Positions 25,897 through 29,575 of a stretch of 29,575 bases of DNA are shown one piece after another. Source of the DNA: a virus (Duplodnaviria > Caudoviricetes); the IMG/VR virus record IMGVR_UViG_3300032270_000481, positions 1-29,575 of that record; one strand, given 5' to 3'. The translations under genes were made by a program, and so were the position numbers. Under the pieces are notes generated by a model, which saw only the letters and a list, made by a program, of their open reading frames with translations, ran no database searches and was not told where the DNA came from. How positions within the stretch are numbered: position 1 is the first letter of the stretch; the number at the start of each line of letters is the position of its first letter.

Positions 25897-26631
25897 ATGT
25901 TTTATGTTTATTGTTATTTAGATCCTAGGTTTCCTGGTAAATTCAAGTATGGCGAATTTGAATTTAACCATAAACCCTTTTACATAGGTAAAGGCAAAGG
26001 AAAAAGATGTATCAGAGCTTTAGAACCAAATGAATTAAAAAAACAAAATCGTACTATAAAAAGAAACTATCTAGAGTCTTTATATAAAAAAGGTTATTCA
26101 CCTATCGTGCTCAAGTTATATGAAAATATACTAGAAAACGATGCTTTTGATAAAGAAGTGTATTTGATAAAAACAATAGGCAGAATTAAAGATAGTACAG
26201 GGCCTCTTACTAATATATCTGATGGTGGTGATGGTTATTCAGGGTTTAAACATAGTGAAAAAGCAAAAGAAAAGATTTCAAAAATACACAAGGGCAGAAA
26301 GTTAACAGAGGAGCATAAGAGTTTACTAAGTATAAAAAATAAGGAAGCTCTAACTAAAAAGGGTGGTAAATTTACTGAAGAGCATATTGAAAAATTAAAA
26401 AAAGCAAACAGCCGCCCTAGAGGACCTATGAGTCTTAATTCTAAGATTGCAAGGTGTAATAAGTATCTGATTACATCTCCAGAAGGTGTTGAACATGAAG
26501 TTTCTAATATAGCAGAATTTTGTAATAAAAATAACATCAGCGTAAAGGAAATGAGGAGAATTGCACATAAGAATAAAACATATCAGGGTTGGAAATGTAT
26601 AAAAATAACAGACAAGTATAAAAGAGGTTGA
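25897..26631 (+). CDS. Putative free-standing GIY-YIG homing endonuclease with NUMOD3 repeats
   Basis: FYVYCYLDPR...PFYIGKG..KR, GPLTNISDGGDG, KHSEKAKEKISK and GRKLTEEHK. Confidence 0.82.
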   Translation: MFYVYCYLDPRFPGKFKYGEFEFNHKPFYIGKGKGKRCIRALEPNELKKQNRTIKRNYLESLYKKGYSPIVLKLYENILENDAFDKEVYLIKTIGRIKDSTGPLTNISDGGDGYSGFKHSEKAKEKISKIHKGRKLTEEHKSLLSIKNKEALTKKGGKFTEEHIEKLKKANSRPRGPMSLNSKIARCNKYLITSPEGVEHEVSNIAEFCNKNNISVKEMRRIAHKNKTYQGWKCIKITDKYKRG

Positions 26632-26633
26632 TT

Positions 26634-27539
26634 ATGAAAATGACGATGAAGTATAACGAAGTTGATAGCGCATCAGAAGCTTATCAATGGTTTTGTAAAC
26701 TAATTAACGATGAAGGTGAATATGTAACCAGCAGGGGTGAACAGACAAAAGAAGTATTAAATGCTGCAGTCTTAATCAAAAACATCAGAGATCGTGAAAT
26801 TCCAATCTCTAATTTCAATGAACGTTTTATCCTTCAAGAAACATATGATATCTTAAATGAAAATCAGCCAAGGGTGATGCACTCAAAGGAGATGTTAGAA
26901 AAGACTATGGGTAATAGCACTAACATCATGTTCTTTGGAAATGAAATGCGTCAAGCTTTTAGCAGATGGTCACTTTTAAGAATTAAGACTCTTTTTGAAA
27001 AGGATAAATTTACAAGAAAGGCTATTTTAGATCTAGGTAATAGAAGACCAGTTGTGCATGCTCCATGTATGATCTATGCACATTTTATAATTAGAGACAA
27101 TGCACTACATATGTTGGCTGAAACTAGGGGCACAGAAGTTTCCATGGGTTTTGTCAATGACATTTATTTTTACACTATTATCCAAGAGTTAATGTACAAT
27201 TGGCTTCTAGAAACCTATCCTGATCTTGAACTGGGCACTTTCATGTATAAGACCACGTCTCTTCACTACTTTACAAATGAAGATGGTGGCCCATTATGGT
27301 CTCAGGAATTTGTAACCGATAACAGATCAGGATTTTTTATCCATGATTTGAAATACAGTGACTATCTAGCAGAAATGGGTATCTTGTATCACTATGTTGA
27401 TTCATATATGAAAGCGCGCGAAACAGAAGACGTAGATGCAGGTATAATTACTACATATAGAGATCTTCACAACCCAGATCCTAGAAACTTCAAACAGCCC
27501 TTCTTTTATAACTGGGCCAGAATTTTAACAATAAACTAA
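26634..27539 (+). CDS. Divergent thymidylate-synthase-family enzyme (dCMP-type specificity residue)
   Basis: TRKA, APCM (catalytic Cys), HFIIRDNALH, RGTEVSMGFVND and SLHYF. The ATG at 26634 is preferred over the TTG at 26628. Confidence 0.8.
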   Translation: MKMTMKYNEVDSASEAYQWFCKLINDEGEYVTSRGEQTKEVLNAAVLIKNIRDREIPISNFNERFILQETYDILNENQPRVMHSKEMLEKTMGNSTNIMFFGNEMRQAFSRWSLLRIKTLFEKDKFTRKAILDLGNRRPVVHAPCMIYAHFIIRDNALHMLAETRGTEVSMGFVNDIYFYTIIQELMYNWLLETYPDLELGTFMYKTTSLHYFTNEDGGPLWSQEFVTDNRSGFFIHDLKYSDYLAEMGILYHYVDSYMKARETEDVDAGIITTYRDLHNPDPRNFKQPFFYNWARILTIN

Positions 27540-27540
27540 A

Positions 27541-28368
27541 ATGGCAGGAAACACAAGCACATACAAGATATTCCATAATGGTAAAATGAAGTATTTTGCC
27601 AAAGTAGTACCAGTAAAAGGATTTGATATTAGCAGTTTTGCTTTTCAGAATTATCTCTATAACAATTTTAACTCAGGTCTTAAAATATGTAAACCGATTA
27701 AAATAGTTACAGAAAAGGCCAATGTAATTGAACTGGTTTACGAGTATTTGCAGGAACAGGAATGGCATATGACAATAAGTACAGCTTCTGCTTTAGGTGA
27801 ATATCTTGCTGAACTGCATAATTTTTGCTTTGAAAAAAGGCGCGAAATTTCTTTGCCTGATAAGACTGCAGTCGTTGCAATGGGTAAATGGAATGAAATT
27901 GAAGATTCTGATGATAAAAAGATAGCGCTTACAATAAGAAAGGCCATATACGAAAATCTTAAACCCTATGATAGAGATCAAATTAGAATACCAGTACACA
28001 GAGACTTTAAGATGCATAACATTGTTTTTGCAAATGGCCATTACAATCTAATTGACTTCGACTTTGCGGCCATCGATAATGTAGGTATTGAAATAGCATC
28101 CTTTATCATTGACTTCTTTTATACCGAAAGAAATGAGCAACATGTTATAGAGTTTATTAATGCTTATAAAAAAGCATCAAAAATTAAAATAAACTGGGAA
28201 TCTGTTTTGAATGACTATTTAGTCTATATGTGTGTTAACACATTTCCATTTTATATGAGAGGGAAAATAGGTGAAACTAATTTCAAACAGTTATACAACG
28301 AAAGAAACGGTAAATTAAATTTTACATACATCAATAAAAGTTTTCTATATGAGAGTTTACAAAGGTAA
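27541..28368 (+). CDS. APH/choline-kinase-like phosphotransferase
   Basis: YFAKV, LAELH, Brenner motif HRDFKMHN and LIDFD. Confidence 0.85.
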   Translation: MAGNTSTYKIFHNGKMKYFAKVVPVKGFDISSFAFQNYLYNNFNSGLKICKPIKIVTEKANVIELVYEYLQEQEWHMTISTASALGEYLAELHNFCFEKRREISLPDKTAVVAMGKWNEIEDSDDKKIALTIRKAIYENLKPYDRDQIRIPVHRDFKMHNIVFANGHYNLIDFDFAAIDNVGIEIASFIIDFFYTERNEQHVIEFINAYKKASKIKINWESVLNDYLVYMCVNTFPFYMRGKIGETNFKQLYNERNGKLNFTYINKSFLYESLQR

Positions 28369-29221
28369 AACATTTGCAGAGGTTTATAGAAAATCCCTAT
28401 GGGATCTAATTAACGACCCTGAATATTCAGTATCACCGCGTGGTATGAAAATTAACGAAGTCGTTAATGCGGTCCATGTAGTCGAAGACCCTTCGTCATG
28501 TTTATACATGAACGAAAGACGTAGTAGTCAGCTTAAATATATTGCAGCAGAGACTGTTTATTATTTTGCTGGTCGTAGAGATCTTGCGTTTATCAAACGC
28601 TTTGCAGCATTCTGGGAACAGATTGCAAATGAAGATGCCACGGTTAATTCAGCTTATGGTAATCTTATCTTTACAGAGGTGAACAAGGCTGGTGTTACCC
28701 AATGGGACTGGGCCTTTCAGTCTCTAGTAAAAGATAAAGATACTAGACAGGCTATTCTATTGTTCAATAAACCTGACTATCAATACTTCGGTAACAAGGA
28801 TGTAATCTGTACACTTAACGGGTTGTTTAATATTAGAGATAATAAATTGAATTTCACAATTCAGATGCGATCAAACGATGCAATTCTTGGAACGCCAACT
28901 GATTTTGCTTTCTTCTGTTTATTACAAATGCAGATGTTAAAGCTTCTTAAAGAAAAAGCATATCCTGAATTAGAACTAGGTACATTTACCCATATTGCAA
29001 ATTCATATCATGTTTATGAAAGACATTTTGAAATGATCCAAGACATGTTGTCAGCTTATTTTGAGCCAGTATCTTTTGAACCTATTGGAATCAATTTTAT
29101 CAATTCAAATGGCAAACCAACCGGTGAATTTGAAAAATTAACAGAAGCCGTAGAATATAGTAGTAAATACGAAACAGACGATAAACTATTCAATTGGATA
29201 TATGAAAAAACAACAAACTAA
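28349..29221 (+). CDS. dCMP hydroxymethylase-like enzyme (T4 gp42-like thymidylate synthase family)
   Basis: WEQIA, VNSAYG, DTRQA, DVICT, IRDNKL, MRSNDAILGTPTD and SYHVYERHF parallel the gp42 motifs NSNYG, DFMCT, MRSND..FGFRND and SLHVY. Confidence 0.85.
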   Translation: MRVYKGKTFAEVYRKSLWDLINDPEYSVSPRGMKINEVVNAVHVVEDPSSCLYMNERRSSQLKYIAAETVYYFAGRRDLAFIKRFAAFWEQIANEDATVNSAYGNLIFTEVNKAGVTQWDWAFQSLVKDKDTRQAILLFNKPDYQYFGNKDVICTLNGLFNIRDNKLNFTIQMRSNDAILGTPTDFAFFCLLQMQMLKLLKEKAYPELELGTFTHIANSYHVYERHFEMIQDMLSAYFEPVSFEPIGINFINSNGKPTGEFEKLTEAVEYSSKYETDDKLFNWIYEKTTN

Positions 29222-29575
29222 GGTTTTTGTAACAAGTGATACATTTTTTGGTAGACCAAACTCCGCTATTGAACGCGGGTTTGTGTCTATTGAACAGATG
29301 AACGATCGACTTGTTGAAAACTGGAACGCAAAGGTAGGTGAAAAAGATACAGTTATACATCTTGGTAATTTTGCATGGACTCCGAACGATGTGGACATAA
29401 TTGACAAATTGAATGGTGAAATAATTTTCATAGCAGGTGATAGAGATCAGGCATTAATTCAATTTTCACAAAACACAGATCTTATAAATATATCAGATCA
29501 GCAAATACTTACCCATGAAAACATCATATTATCACATTGGCCACTAGAAGTATGGCCAGGTATGGACAAGGGTAT
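29202..29575 (+). CDS. 5' part of a calcineurin-like metallophosphoesterase with degenerate metal ligands (runs off the window)
   Basis: Manual translation: MKKQQTKVFVTSDTFFGR...MNDRLVENWNAKV...DTVIHLGNFAW...LNGEIIFIAGDRD...ILSHWPL. Not in the ORF track. Confidence 0.8.
   Translation, partial: MKKQQTKVFVTSDTFFGRPNSAIERGFVSIEQMNDRLVENWNAKVGEKDTVIHLGNFAWTPNDVDIIDKLNGEIIFIAGDRDQALIQFSQNTDLINISDQQILTHENIILSHWPLEVWPGMDKG

Noticed and set aside
26634-29221. Canonical thyA, or one TS gene split by an intron or HEG
   Set aside because: Each ORF has its own complete catalytic core and Asp instead of Asn177.
1-29575. Stop-codon reassignment as in some large phages
   Set aside because: Conserved genes are full length in code 11, and TAA, TAG and TGA all end genes.

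Overview
AT-rich segment of a large T4-like (myovirus, probably jumbo) phage genome read in the standard genetic code. Promoter motifs and the scarcity of Shine-Dalgarno sequences suggest a Bacteroidota host. The window has four parts. (1) Replication genes: gp44-like clamp loader, RNase H/5'-3' exonuclease and a gp62-like subunit. (2) A late morphogenesis module: gp14-like neck, small and large terminase, tail sheath, tail tube, a small RHH-type regulator with a tandem palindromic operator, a hub/chaperone pair probably joined by a frameshift, and tape measure. (3) An RNA island: tRNA-Arg(UCU), a ~920-nt highly structured GOLLD-like ncRNA, an initiator-type tRNA-Met, a YkuK RNase H-like gene and a complete tmRNA with an unusually long 28-codon tag. 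(4) A tightly coupled nucleotide-modification cluster: dNMP kinase, sulfotransferase, amidinotransferase-fold enzyme, two thymidylate-synthase-family paralogs that both carry the dCMP-type Asp, an APH-like kinase and a degenerate metallophosphoesterase, with one homing endonuclease gene just upstream and one inside it. This cluster is the best candidate for an undescribed system, most likely cytosine hypermodification of phage DNA. All calls come from reading motifs by eye; no database searches were run.
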